This document shows positions 24,825 to 34,545 of a DNA stretch of 64,000 nucleotides, in pieces. The DNA lies in the IMG/VR virus record IMGVR_UViG_3300025082_002887, positions 1 through 64,000 of that record. One strand, written 5' to 3'. The DNA is from a virus. Below the pieces are notes generated by a model that had not been told where the DNA came from, did not search any database, and was given only the letters and a program-made list of their open reading frames with translations. The position numbers were made by a program, and so were the translations under genes. Position 1 is the first letter of the stretch, and each line of letters opens with the position of its first letter.

Positions 24825-26437
24825 TCTTTTTTGTTTGCGACATGTTTGCCGAACAGTATGAGGGCGGCGCTGAATTAACTACAGAAGCTATAATTAAAAA
24901 GGGATTATTTCCAGTAAATAAAGTTATTTGCAGCGAAGCCAATCCCGCCATTATGGAAAAGTATAAAGATGCATTTTGGATATTCGGAAATTATAGAGAC
25001 CTATCAGAAGAGTGTCTTATGTATGCTGCGAAAAATCTTCACTATAGCGTTTTGGAATATGATTATAAATTTTGTTTCTATCGCTCTATTAAGAAACACG
25101 AATTTGCGGAAGGAGCTTGTACGTGTGTAACTTCAAGAAAAGGAAAGTTAGTATCCATTTTTTTGCACAATGCAAAAGCCACCTGGTGGATGTCTCAAAA
25201 ACAGATGGAAAAATATCAGAGTCTTTATCCATTTTTGAAAAAGAGCAATAATATAGTATTAAACTCTGTGTTCTCTGATGAAACTTTAGAGTACGTTGAA
25301 ACACTAGATACAGAAAATAAAAATGATACATGGTTGATATTGGATTCTCCTTCTTGGATAAAGGGGGCAAAGGAATCCATCAATTATGCTGAAAAAAATA
25401 ATTTAAAGTATGAACTAATCTGGGATATCCCGCACTCGAAACTTTTAGATAAGCTAGCGCAATCTAAAGGGATTATTTTTTTCCCCCAAGACTCTGATAC
25501 ATGTCCGAGGATGACAGTAGAAGCCCGACTACTTGGTTGCGAAATTATATCAAATGACAATATGCAGCATAAAGACGAGCCGTGGTTTAAAAACAAAAAT
25601 TCTACCATAAAACACTTAAGGCAGAGAACAAATATTTTTTGGAAAGAGATAGAAAATATCGCTGCCAAAAATCTAAATATTCCGCAAACAATTAGCGTTA
25701 TTAGTGATCTTAAGTTTAAAATTGTAGTTCCGTTTTTCAACTGCGAAAGGTGGATCAAAAAATGTATCAACAGCATGCAAAGTCAAAAATATAAAAATTT
25801 TGAATGTTTTTTGATAGATGATGCGTCAACGGACAATTCAGCAGGCATCGTAAAAAAAGAGATTGCAAATGATTCTAGATTTAATTTAATACAGAATAGA
25901 GAGAAGAAATATGCCCTCTCCAACATTGCCGGCGCAATAGAAGAATTCAATTGCAATGATGATGATGTAATTATTTTACTTGACGGAGATGACTGGTTCG
26001 CTTCTTCGCTAACTTTGAATAAACTTTGTGAGAGCTACGGTGACAAATTAATGACTTATGGAAGTTACGTTTTTAATCCTAGCGGTATAAGAGGTCCTGA
26101 ACCATCAGAATATTCAAATGAAGTGATTAAAACAAGTTCTTTTAGAAAAGATCAATGGAGAGCCTCTCATCTAAGAACTTTTAAATATGAACTATGGAAA
26201 CGTATTGATCATAATGATTTAAAAGATGAGAATGGTGATTATTATAAAATGACTTATGATCAAGCCATAATGTTTCCCTTGTTGGAAATGGCAGGAGATC
26301 GCTCCGCCTTTATACCAGAAATTTTACACGTCTACAACAAAGACAACCCATTAAGTGTCGACAAAAATAAAGCACAAGAACAATGCGCCCTGGCTCAAAA
26401 AATTCGTTCTAAAAAGACCTATAGCAAATTAGTATGA
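24821..26437 (+). CDS. Bifunctional glycosyltransferase (GT-B-like plus GT2)
   Basis: N-half GGAELT..WIKG..DTCPRMTVEARLLG. C-half IVVPFFN, IDDASTD, LLDGDD. Confidence 0.85.
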   Translation: MIFFVCDMFAEQYEGGAELTTEAIIKKGLFPVNKVICSEANPAIMEKYKDAFWIFGNYRDLSEECLMYAAKNLHYSVLEYDYKFCFYRSIKKHEFAEGACTCVTSRKGKLVSIFLHNAKATWWMSQKQMEKYQSLYPFLKKSNNIVLNSVFSDETLEYVETLDTENKNDTWLILDSPSWIKGAKESINYAEKNNLKYELIWDIPHSKLLDKLAQSKGIIFFPQDSDTCPRMTVEARLLGCEIISNDNMQHKDEPWFKNKNSTIKHLRQRTNIFWKEIENIAAKNLNIPQTISVISDLKFKIVVPFFNCERWIKKCINSMQSQKYKNFECFLIDDASTDNSAGIVKKEIANDSRFNLIQNREKKYALSNIAGAIEEFNCNDDDVIILLDGDDWFASSLTLNKLCESYGDKLMTYGSYVFNPSGIRGPEPSEYSNEVIKTSSFRKDQWRASHLRTFKYELWKRIDHNDLKDENGDYYKMTYDQAIMFPLLEMAGDRSAFIPEILHVYNKDNPLSVDKNKAQEQCALAQKIRSKKTYSKLV

Positions 26438-27345
26438 ATATACATTTAGAAAATGTTAATTTACAAAGCACATCCGGTCCAAATCACTTTGCTTCAAAGT
26501 TGATTAAATATTTAGACGCCACTTTTGATTACAATGAGAAACCAGGCGCGAGATTATGTTTTATAGAGTCTCATAGAAGCACGTTCGACGACATACCCTT
26601 ATTTCAAAGGCTGGATGGCATATATTTCAACACAGCACAAGATTACAAATCGCAGAATACAAACATAAAAAGAACTTATGACAATGCAGATGGTGTTATT
26701 TTCCAATCAAACTTCAATAAAGAGCTTATAACAAAGCATTTCGGAGAACATAAAAACTCCACTGTTATACATAATGGTGCTGATGTTGAGTATATTGATA
26801 AAGTTCCACCACTGGAAAATTCAAAATTAGATCAACATGAAAATGTTTGGTGTTGCGCTTCTTCCTGGAGGCCACATAAAAGATTGTCTGAGAATATAAA
26901 ATATTTTTTAGAACACTCTTCTGAAAAGGATTGCTTAGTAATTGCAGGCCCTAAAGATCAAGATATAATTAAAAATGATAGAATTTTTTATGTTGGAAAT
27001 GTAAGTATCCTTCCACTTATTTCTTTATATAAAAGATCTAAATATTTCATACATTTAGCATGGCTCGATCATTGTCCAAACGTTGTTGTAGATGCTCGCG
27101 CAGCAGATTGTCAAATTATTTGCACTTCTGCTGGAGGCACAAAAGAAATTGCTGGGCCGAATGCAATTGTGATTGAAGAAGATAAATGGGATTTTGAGCC
27201 AGTTGAATTATATAGCCCCCCCCCATTAGACTTTAGTAAAAAGATTAAAAATGATTGGGAAATAGATTATAATATGAGAGCAGTCGCAAAAAAATATAAG
27301 AATTTTCTAGAAGGTGTGATAAATGAGAAAAACAAGACATTATAA
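26434..27345 (+). CDS. Glycosyltransferase, GT4-like
   Basis: SGPNHF, VIHNG, DHCPNVVVDA, AGGTKEI. Confidence 0.82.
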   Translation: MNIHLENVNLQSTSGPNHFASKLIKYLDATFDYNEKPGARLCFIESHRSTFDDIPLFQRLDGIYFNTAQDYKSQNTNIKRTYDNADGVIFQSNFNKELITKHFGEHKNSTVIHNGADVEYIDKVPPLENSKLDQHENVWCCASSWRPHKRLSENIKYFLEHSSEKDCLVIAGPKDQDIIKNDRIFYVGNVSILPLISLYKRSKYFIHLAWLDHCPNVVVDARAADCQIICTSAGGTKEIAGPNAIVIEEDKWDFEPVELYSPPPLDFSKKIKNDWEIDYNMRAVAKKYKNFLEGVINEKNKTL

Positions 27346-28570
27346 CAATTATAAAGAATACCTAGATCATCAAAAAACCAAGACTCTTGACCCAGCGCGC
27401 CGAAAAAAATGGCTTAATGAAGAGTGGGAATTAAAATTAGATGGTTTTGGGCGGATGTTTGATCGACATATGGGTACTGTTTTACGGCCGGAAATGAAAG
27501 TTTTATGTGTTGGCGCCCGTACAGGTCAAGAAGTAGTCGCCCTTAGAGATAGAAATATTGATGCAGTTGGAATTGATATTGTTCCACACCCACCACACGT
27601 AATCCAAGGAGACATGCACAATCTAGATTTTCCAGATAATAGTTTTGATTTTGTCTTTTCTAATATATTTGATCATTCGTTGTATCCCGACAAGAAGATT
27701 TCAGAGATAGAAAGAGTATTGAAAACCAATGGACATGTTTTATTACAATTCCAAATTGATATTAGCCAAGATGAATATACAGAAGTTATCGTTAATCGTG
27801 TTGATCATGATGTATTGCCCTTGTTTGAAAAGTCATTTTGTATTGTTAAAGAAAATATTCCAAGAAACTTTGCAGGGATGAATTATGAAGTATTAATGAA
27901 AAAAGATGCGCTTATGTCTTCCTTGTATGATAAGGTTGGCAATGTGACAGAAATCACGTTACCAGAAGAATATAAAAAAATTTGGAATGATATAAATTTG
28001 CCAATTCAAACCAACAAAGGGCATGTACATAATATACAAGGACCCGAGCTTGATGAGTGTTTGAATAAATTATCCAAAAGGGCATATTATCTTGTCTCTA
28101 TAGCAGAACACTTCGGTGTTAAAAACATTGCTGAAGTCGGCACAGCACAAGGATGGCAATTTTACTCTTTCGCTCATTATGCACAAAAAGTTGGTGGCAA
28201 GGTTTATAGCTGCGATATTAAAGATGTTAGAAATGAACAATATAAAAATAAATATTTGAATTCATCTGTATTCTGTTTAGGGGATAGTAAACAACTAGCT
28301 AATAGATTAAAAGAAGATAATACAAAAATTGATTTATTCTATATTGATGGCGATCACATAGCAAAAGCTGTCTTAACGGACGTGATTAACCTCAGAGATT
28401 ATCAATCGGATCAATGCATATGGGTTTTTGATGATTATGATGCAAGATTTGGGTGCTTTAAAGAGATAGGAATGTTACAACAAATTAATAATAATTTTAA
28501 AGTTTATCGTGTTGGAGATGCAGCCAGCGGAAATCCAAACCATCAAGTTGTTATATTGGGGAAACTTTAA
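27323..28570 (+). CDS. Tandem class I SAM-dependent methyltransferases
   Basis: First domain VLCVGARTG..GDMHNL..FDFVFSN. Second domain IAEVGTAQG..DLFYIDGDH..VFDDY. Confidence 0.82.
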   Translation: MRKTRHYNNYKEYLDHQKTKTLDPARRKKWLNEEWELKLDGFGRMFDRHMGTVLRPEMKVLCVGARTGQEVVALRDRNIDAVGIDIVPHPPHVIQGDMHNLDFPDNSFDFVFSNIFDHSLYPDKKISEIERVLKTNGHVLLQFQIDISQDEYTEVIVNRVDHDVLPLFEKSFCIVKENIPRNFAGMNYEVLMKKDALMSSLYDKVGNVTEITLPEEYKKIWNDINLPIQTNKGHVHNIQGPELDECLNKLSKRAYYLVSIAEHFGVKNIAEVGTAQGWQFYSFAHYAQKVGGKVYSCDIKDVRNEQYKNKYLNSSVFCLGDSKQLANRLKEDNTKIDLFYIDGDHIAKAVLTDVINLRDYQSDQCIWVFDDYDARFGCFKEIGMLQQINNNFKVYRVGDAASGNPNHQVVILGKL

Positions 28571-28578
28571 GGAAAAAA

Positions 28579-29820
28579 ATGTTAAAAAGTTTAGAATTTA
28601 AATCATTTGAGTTTAACTCGCGCAAAGAAACATTAATCGGCATCGACGCAACTAGAAAGTACGTAATCAAGATACAGATTATAAAAAATAAAAACAAAGC
28701 CAACAGTATAGAACAAGAATACGAAGTGATGAAACATTTAAATAAGAATGGTTGCGTAACGTGCCCAGAAGCATATGAGTTGGGGACAGTACAAAAATCA
28801 GAAATTTATCCTAAAACAAGAGAAAACAATATTTTAGATTCTATTGATAAAACAAAATTTGAATATATTATTCAAGAGTATATCCCAGACAGCGGAACAC
28901 ACAAATTAGCAGATATAGTGTTAGCCCTTATTGAACAAAAAAAATTAGGAGTTTATCAAGGGGACGTAAAGCCAGATAATGTTAGATTTGATCCGAGTAA
29001 AAATATTTGTTATTTTATTGACTACGATCAGTCTATTTTTCTCAGTGATGAACAATCTAATCTAGATAATATTAGTTTTTTAAATTTTTGTTCTGAGTAT
29101 GATAAAGCCAAGTATGGCTTCGGCAATTGGCTTCGACATTTTTCTCGGTATACAGAGCGTAATGTAACATCTTTGTTTAGTAATAAGGCTTTCAATCTTG
29201 AAGCTACTACTGTTTTTAAAACTCAAAAGACTACTAATTCTGCAAGTGGCATATACCACTCTATTGATGAAAGAGACATTTTTATTAATGGCTCAAGGGC
29301 GCTGGATGTTCGTGCAAAACTATTGGATGAATGTACTTTTGATGCAAATGAAAGAGTTTTAGATATTGGTTGTAATGCGGGGCTGCTTAGCATGTATCTT
29401 CACGATAGGGGATGCCGAACAGTTGGAGTTGATAACGATCCTCATATTGTTGTTGCATCTAAAATTATTTCAAACATTCTTGGGAAAAACATTGAGTATT
29501 TTCATCTAGATTTAGATCGCACAGAACAGGTAGAAGACTTTGATACAATAATGTTGTTTTCAGTAATTCACCACACCAGAGACCTTGTTAAGAATGCTAG
29601 AAAAATAGCAAATTCATGTTCTAGGTTTTTTTTGGAAACCAGATTAATTGAGAGCGGTAAACAACCATATGGAGATATATGGGTAGACACGACAAGATGG
29701 TCTTTTGATACTGTTGATGAATTGGTTTCTTTTTGTGAAAGTATTTTTGAAGGCTTTAAGTTGAAAACTAACTTAGGAATGGCAGATAAAGATCGTTATA
29801 TATTAGAGTTTGTTAAGTGA
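28579..29820 (+). CDS. Kinase-like plus SAM methyltransferase fusion (WbdD-like, reversed domain order)
   Basis: Kinase-like YVIK..EYE..QGDVKPDNV..FIDYD. Methyltransferase RVLDIGCNAG..GVDND..LFSVIHH. Confidence 0.7.
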   Translation: MLKSLEFKSFEFNSRKETLIGIDATRKYVIKIQIIKNKNKANSIEQEYEVMKHLNKNGCVTCPEAYELGTVQKSEIYPKTRENNILDSIDKTKFEYIIQEYIPDSGTHKLADIVLALIEQKKLGVYQGDVKPDNVRFDPSKNICYFIDYDQSIFLSDEQSNLDNISFLNFCSEYDKAKYGFGNWLRHFSRYTERNVTSLFSNKAFNLEATTVFKTQKTTNSASGIYHSIDERDIFINGSRALDVRAKLLDECTFDANERVLDIGCNAGLLSMYLHDRGCRTVGVDNDPHIVVASKIISNILGKNIEYFHLDLDRTEQVEDFDTIMLFSVIHHTRDLVKNARKIANSCSRFFLETRLIESGKQPYGDIWVDTTRWSFDTVDELVSFCESIFEGFKLKTNLGMADKDRYILEFVK

Positions 29821-30440
29821 GAGATATAGCGATTAAGAAAATATGTAGTAAACTAATTGATAGATATCATATAAATTTAGATGATAAAACTGCACTAGAT
29901 TTTTTTGCCAGAGAAGGAGATTGGCAGACGTCTTATTATGCCAATAAAATAAAGAAAATTTATGCATGGGAAATCAACCCTAGGCACGAACAAAATTTAA
30001 AACAAAATTTACCTGAAAATGCTGATGTAACCATAGGAGATTCATTTGTATTGGCAAAACAAAACAATATCTTTTTTGATATGGTTGTTTTAGATAACCC
30101 ACAGGGATGTTATGGCAAAAATAAAATGTATTGCGAGCACTTTGAAGCATTAGAGCTTTCTCTTGATTTATTAAAAAACTCCGGCGCCCTACTGATTTTT
30201 AATGTTAAGGCACAACCATTTAATTATGCGGATAACAAACAATGGCAAAAAAGACGTAATGATTTTTATTCATTAGGGGATTGTTCTTGTCTTTCTAAAG
30301 AATTTATATTTAGTTTTTATGAAAATTATTTTAACATACGAGGATATGTAACTAAGTTTGCTTTTATAGAAACCCGACCACAAGAGCCTGGATTATATGC
30401 TTTTGTAACACAAATAGTAAGGATTGCTGATGATAATTGA
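29817..30440 (+). CDS. Putative class I methyltransferase
   Basis: ALDFFAREG, AWEIN, GDSF, DMVVLDNP. GTG start overlaps the previous stop. Confidence 0.6.
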   Translation: MRDIAIKKICSKLIDRYHINLDDKTALDFFAREGDWQTSYYANKIKKIYAWEINPRHEQNLKQNLPENADVTIGDSFVLAKQNNIFFDMVVLDNPQGCYGKNKMYCEHFEALELSLDLLKNSGALLIFNVKAQPFNYADNKQWQKRRNDFYSLGDCSCLSKEFIFSFYENYFNIRGYVTKFAFIETRPQEPGLYAFVTQIVRIADDN

Positions 30441-31557
30441 GAACATAACTAATGGTTTAAATACAACAAAAAAAGCTGCTTTATATTATAAGACAGAACC
30501 CTACTATACCAATGTGGATTCTTATGTACATACAAATAACTGGGAAATATTACAATCAATAAACATCTTAAACCGGCGAGGGTATTCCGTTGATTTGTTA
30601 GATCGGGGGATTCATAATTGGGCTCCTAAATTATCTTATGATATATTTCTTGGCCTAGGCGTAGGAAATACAGGAAGAAATTTTGTAAGGTGGGCCACCG
30701 CTTCCAGGGCCAAGCAAAAAGTTTTGTTATCGATGGGCCCTCAACCAGATGTTTCTAACAAACTGGTGCATATGCGATATGAGATGTTCAATAAAAGAAC
30801 TGGACAGCATGCCCCTCCGATGAGAACCGTTGAGGCAGTAACGGGCGATCAATTTATTGAAATTATAAACACCGCAGATTTTGTGTTTAACATTGGCGAA
30901 AAAAACACTCCAAGTTATAATAGTTTTGCCAAGTATGGAAAGCCCGTTTTGAATTTTTATCCGTCTGTAAGCCCTGCTGTACAGTTCCGCCCGGATTGGA
31001 TTGAAACAAGAGACCTTAATTCATTTTTGTGTTTTGCTGGAAATGGATTTATTTGTAAGGGCGTGGACCTTGTAGTGGAATCATTTTTGAACAATCCCAC
31101 AAAACAATTACATATATGTGGACCAAATACAGAAAAAGCCTTTTTTAATTATTATGGAGATCTTATCAACAAAGCACCCAACATTAAATATCATGGTTTT
31201 ATTACGCCCGGAGGAAAAGTATTTAATGAATTAGCCGCCAAGTGCTCGTTTGTCATTTTTCACTCCGCGGCCGAAGGTTGTTGCACCTCTGTTGCCACCG
31301 CAATTAAAGCCGGCCTGGTGCCAATCATTAATCCATGGACCGGCATTTGTATTAATAATCAAGATGGCATTGTATTAAGTGAAGATGGGATCTTGATTGA
31401 AAATATATCTGATGGGGTAAAAAAAGCTTCATCGATGAGCGACGCGGCCTATGAACAGATGTTGAGCCATACTTTAAAAAAATCTGAATTGTTTTCACAA
31501 CAATCCTTTATAAAAAGCTATGCAGCTGCGCTAGATACAGTGATAGGGGAGGAATAA
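30430..31557 (+). CDS. Glycosyltransferase, GT-B/GT4-like
   Basis: ICKGVDL, LHICG, SAAEGCCTSV. AAGGA precedes ATG30430. Confidence 0.75.
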   Translation: MIIENITNGLNTTKKAALYYKTEPYYTNVDSYVHTNNWEILQSINILNRRGYSVDLLDRGIHNWAPKLSYDIFLGLGVGNTGRNFVRWATASRAKQKVLLSMGPQPDVSNKLVHMRYEMFNKRTGQHAPPMRTVEAVTGDQFIEIINTADFVFNIGEKNTPSYNSFAKYGKPVLNFYPSVSPAVQFRPDWIETRDLNSFLCFAGNGFICKGVDLVVESFLNNPTKQLHICGPNTEKAFFNYYGDLINKAPNIKYHGFITPGGKVFNELAAKCSFVIFHSAAEGCCTSVATAIKAGLVPIINPWTGICINNQDGIVLSEDGILIENISDGVKKASSMSDAAYEQMLSHTLKKSELFSQQSFIKSYAAALDTVIGEE

Positions 31558-32525
31558 TGAAAATTGTTTTTAACACACAACAGCCGTATGCGCCATGTTC
31601 CATGTTTTACACGGCAGCGTTTCAGGGAATAGACGATTTAGTTTTTTATGATAATGATTTTGCTTCATATGATGTGGCATTATTTATGACATATGATCAT
31701 GAACAAATAAAACATGTTAAACGGAGGTTTCCTCAATTAAAAGTAGGCATAATTGATCCACGCAGCAGCAAAGTATATGATAGCACACAATATTGTGATT
31801 TTATTGTCATTGACAGCATTGAAATGGAAGATTTTTGGAGGATGTCTGGGAAGCCTATTTTTAGATACATTGAATACCCCAACATACCATATGTGAAGAA
31901 AGTGCATGAACAAAAAGATAAGATAATTATTGGCTACCATGGCAACCAAATTCATTTAGCATGCATGGCAGAAAATGTTACGCCCGCTTTATCGGCGCTC
32001 GGTAAAAAATACAACATAGAGCTTTTAGTTATGCACAATGGCTCTCCACCGCGCGGCAACGAAAATTGGATTCCAGATAACGTGTCAGTTCGCCACATTC
32101 CATGGAGTATGGAAAACTATATTCATGAATTAGGACATTCAGATATAGGCATTGTGCCCAACAATAAAATACATGATGTTTCAACAAAGTTATTAACTAA
32201 AACAAATAATAATTTTAACTATACTGATGATGATTATTCCTTAAGGTTTAAAATGCCGTCAAACCCGGGGAGGTACGTTATTTTTGGCAAATTAGGTATC
32301 CCCGTGGTTGCTGATTTCTACCCATCAGCGTTACAGTATTTAAAAAACGATGTCGGATTTGTAGCCCATAGTAAAGCCGGTTGGCACCATTGTTTGGAAC
32401 AGCTAATCATTTCTTATAATTTGCGACAAAAGATGGGCGACAAACTTCAAAGTTTAGTGCGAGAAGAGTTTGATTTTGAGTTGCAAAATAAGAAACTAAT
32501 TTCTTTTTTAAAAGCTAATGTATGA
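31557..32525 (+). CDS. Glycosyltransferase-like (GT-B)
   Basis: IGYHGN, DIGIVP, LGIPVVA and the cluster context. Confidence 0.65.
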   Translation: MKIVFNTQQPYAPCSMFYTAAFQGIDDLVFYDNDFASYDVALFMTYDHEQIKHVKRRFPQLKVGIIDPRSSKVYDSTQYCDFIVIDSIEMEDFWRMSGKPIFRYIEYPNIPYVKKVHEQKDKIIIGYHGNQIHLACMAENVTPALSALGKKYNIELLVMHNGSPPRGNENWIPDNVSVRHIPWSMENYIHELGHSDIGIVPNNKIHDVSTKLLTKTNNNFNYTDDDYSLRFKMPSNPGRYVIFGKLGIPVVADFYPSALQYLKNDVGFVAHSKAGWHHCLEQLIISYNLRQKMGDKLQSLVREEFDFELQNKKLISFLKANV

Positions 32526-33160
32526 TGATGAAAGATTTATATTTTTTTATTGCCCATTTAGATGATTTTGAAATATCGTGTTTGGGATACCTTTTTAAAA
32601 ATAAACACCAATACAATAATATTAATATTATTATATCTACGAATTGGGCACCCAAAAAAGAGATATGGAAAGAAAATCTTGAGCTGATAAAATCTAAATT
32701 AGACATTAATGTTGATTATATTAATTTGGATTACAATCAAAGAACACTGATGAGCAATTTTGACAATTTAAAAGACGACTTCTATAAACAAATAAATTTT
32801 AATAATAGATTTGATATTGTCACGCACGATAGTGAAGATTGCCACACGGATCATATAGCCTGCAACATAATCGCCACGGGCCTTTTTAAATACACGAATA
32901 AGTTTGTAACTATATATTCACCCAGCTCTAAAAATTTTAAGGCAAATTATTGGATTGGGTTGACTAAAAAAACATATCAATTCAAAAAAGAATGTATTGA
33001 TAAATATAATATTAATAATGAACAATCTTATACAAAATTGGGCTATTATATACAAAACGAAGATCATTATAATATTGGTAAATCCTATTATCTTGAAAAT
33101 TTTGTACATCAAGACTGCGATTATTATGAAACCTATAGAATACTTAAGTCTTTAGAGTGA
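32522..33160 (+). CDS. PIG-L/LmbE-family N-deacetylase
   Basis: AHLDDFE and THDSEDCHTDH metal-binding motifs. Confidence 0.75.
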   Translation: MMMKDLYFFIAHLDDFEISCLGYLFKNKHQYNNINIIISTNWAPKKEIWKENLELIKSKLDINVDYINLDYNQRTLMSNFDNLKDDFYKQINFNNRFDIVTHDSEDCHTDHIACNIIATGLFKYTNKFVTIYSPSSKNFKANYWIGLTKKTYQFKKECIDKYNINNEQSYTKLGYYIQNEDHYNIGKSYYLENFVHQDCDYYETYRILKSLE

Positions 33161-33861
33161 GAATAAGCATACATCAGCCGGAACATATGCCATGGCTTGG
33201 TTTTTTTAACAAAGCTATTAATTGTGATATTTTTGTGCTTTTAGATACCGTTCAGTTTGAGAAGGATTATTTTCAAAATCGAAATCAAATTATATCAAAT
33301 AATGCTAATGGTCGAGAGTGGCTCACCATCCCTGTAAAAAAAGGCAGACACACAGATTTAATTTGTGAAAAACAAACAGCATTTAATCGAAAGACCAAAA
33401 ATAAATATTTACAACAAATATATAGAGCCTATAGTTCTTATCCTTTTTATCGCGATATAATGTGCGACATTACAAGCATTATTAATTATGATGATGTATA
33501 TTTATCAAAGTTGAACATCAAGCTAATAAAATATTTTATTAATCTATTAAACATAAAATGTAAATTACAAGTATCATCTGATCTTCAGTTGAGGCCATGC
33601 GAACCAGGCGGCGTAATAAATTATAATATTTGCAAGAAGCTGGGTGCAACAACGTATTTGTCGGGAAAATCAGGTAAAAATTATTTAGACGAAACCCCGT
33701 ATTTAAAAGATAATATTTCTGTTAAATACCAAAATTTTAAACATCCAGAATATCTTCAACCTAGAGACAGTTTTATTTCTAACTTGAGTATTCTAGACTT
33801 GGTTTTTTCTTTAAGTGTTGACCAGTGTTGTGATATAATAAACGAAGCATACCAGATATAA
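33157..33861 (+). CDS. WbqC-family protein (putative glycyl/acyl transferase)
   Basis: IHQPEHMPWLGFF, QNRNQI, WLTIPV, YLSG, LSILDL. Confidence 0.88.
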   Translation: MRISIHQPEHMPWLGFFNKAINCDIFVLLDTVQFEKDYFQNRNQIISNNANGREWLTIPVKKGRHTDLICEKQTAFNRKTKNKYLQQIYRAYSSYPFYRDIMCDITSIINYDDVYLSKLNIKLIKYFINLLNIKCKLQVSSDLQLRPCEPGGVINYNICKKLGATTYLSGKSGKNYLDETPYLKDNISVKYQNFKHPEYLQPRDSFISNLSILDLVFSLSVDQCCDIINEAYQI

Positions 33862-33877
33862 ATTAACAGGAGTAAAC

Positions 33878-34537
33878 GTGTTAGATAAGAAGAAAGTGAG
33901 AGGATTAATATGTGGCCGCGGCAAATCATTAAAACACTATAATAAGCTTTTATCGACAAAATTTGATTTTACTTACCTGGTTAATGAATTTAATCGATTT
34001 ATTAGAGAAGATGAAAATTTATTGTTGTTTTTAAAAAGCAAGTCAGAAGAAGGTCACTTAACCCAACAAGTCAATATCGAAGCTGGGGGAGTTGACTCTT
34101 TTTTGTTAGAAAACATAGAAATAAAAGAAATAATAATGGCTAGGTTGGCATACAATGGTGAAAACTCAAAATGGCGCCCTCGTATAAATACAAACATTTT
34201 TAATCACTTTGGAAAAACCCTACAATTACAGCCGGATACAGTCGCTCCTTATATGAAATATATTGAAAACTCTTTAGGTATTGCAATATTGAATTTAATA
34301 GTTGACAAGGGTTGCGATGAAATATGTATTATAGGCTCGGACTTTTATGAGGCTGACTATTATCTTTCCCACCGCGGCCCTGATTGGTTTGAGGTTTCTA
34401 AGAAGAAAATACAGGATAAATTAAAAAAAGGGATTGATCAGTTGGTGGAAATATTCCCAGAGGTGAAGTTTAATATTTACACCTGTTCAACTTATAAAAA
34501 TAATTTTGCTAACTGTGATATCACAAAAATTGAGTAA
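33878..34537 (+). CDS. CstII/GT42- or Maf-like nonulosonic acid transferase
   Basis: LICGRGKSL, VNEF, NSLG and EICIIGSDFY parallel the CstII motifs GNGPS, CNQF, TSG and EIYLSGIDFY. Confidence 0.55.
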   Translation: MLDKKKVRGLICGRGKSLKHYNKLLSTKFDFTYLVNEFNRFIREDENLLLFLKSKSEEGHLTQQVNIEAGGVDSFLLENIEIKEIIMARLAYNGENSKWRPRINTNIFNHFGKTLQLQPDTVAPYMKYIENSLGIAILNLIVDKGCDEICIIGSDFYEADYYLSHRGPDWFEVSKKKIQDKLKKGIDQLVEIFPEVKFNIYTCSTYKNNFANCDITKIE

Positions 34538-34545
34538 ATTTTAAT

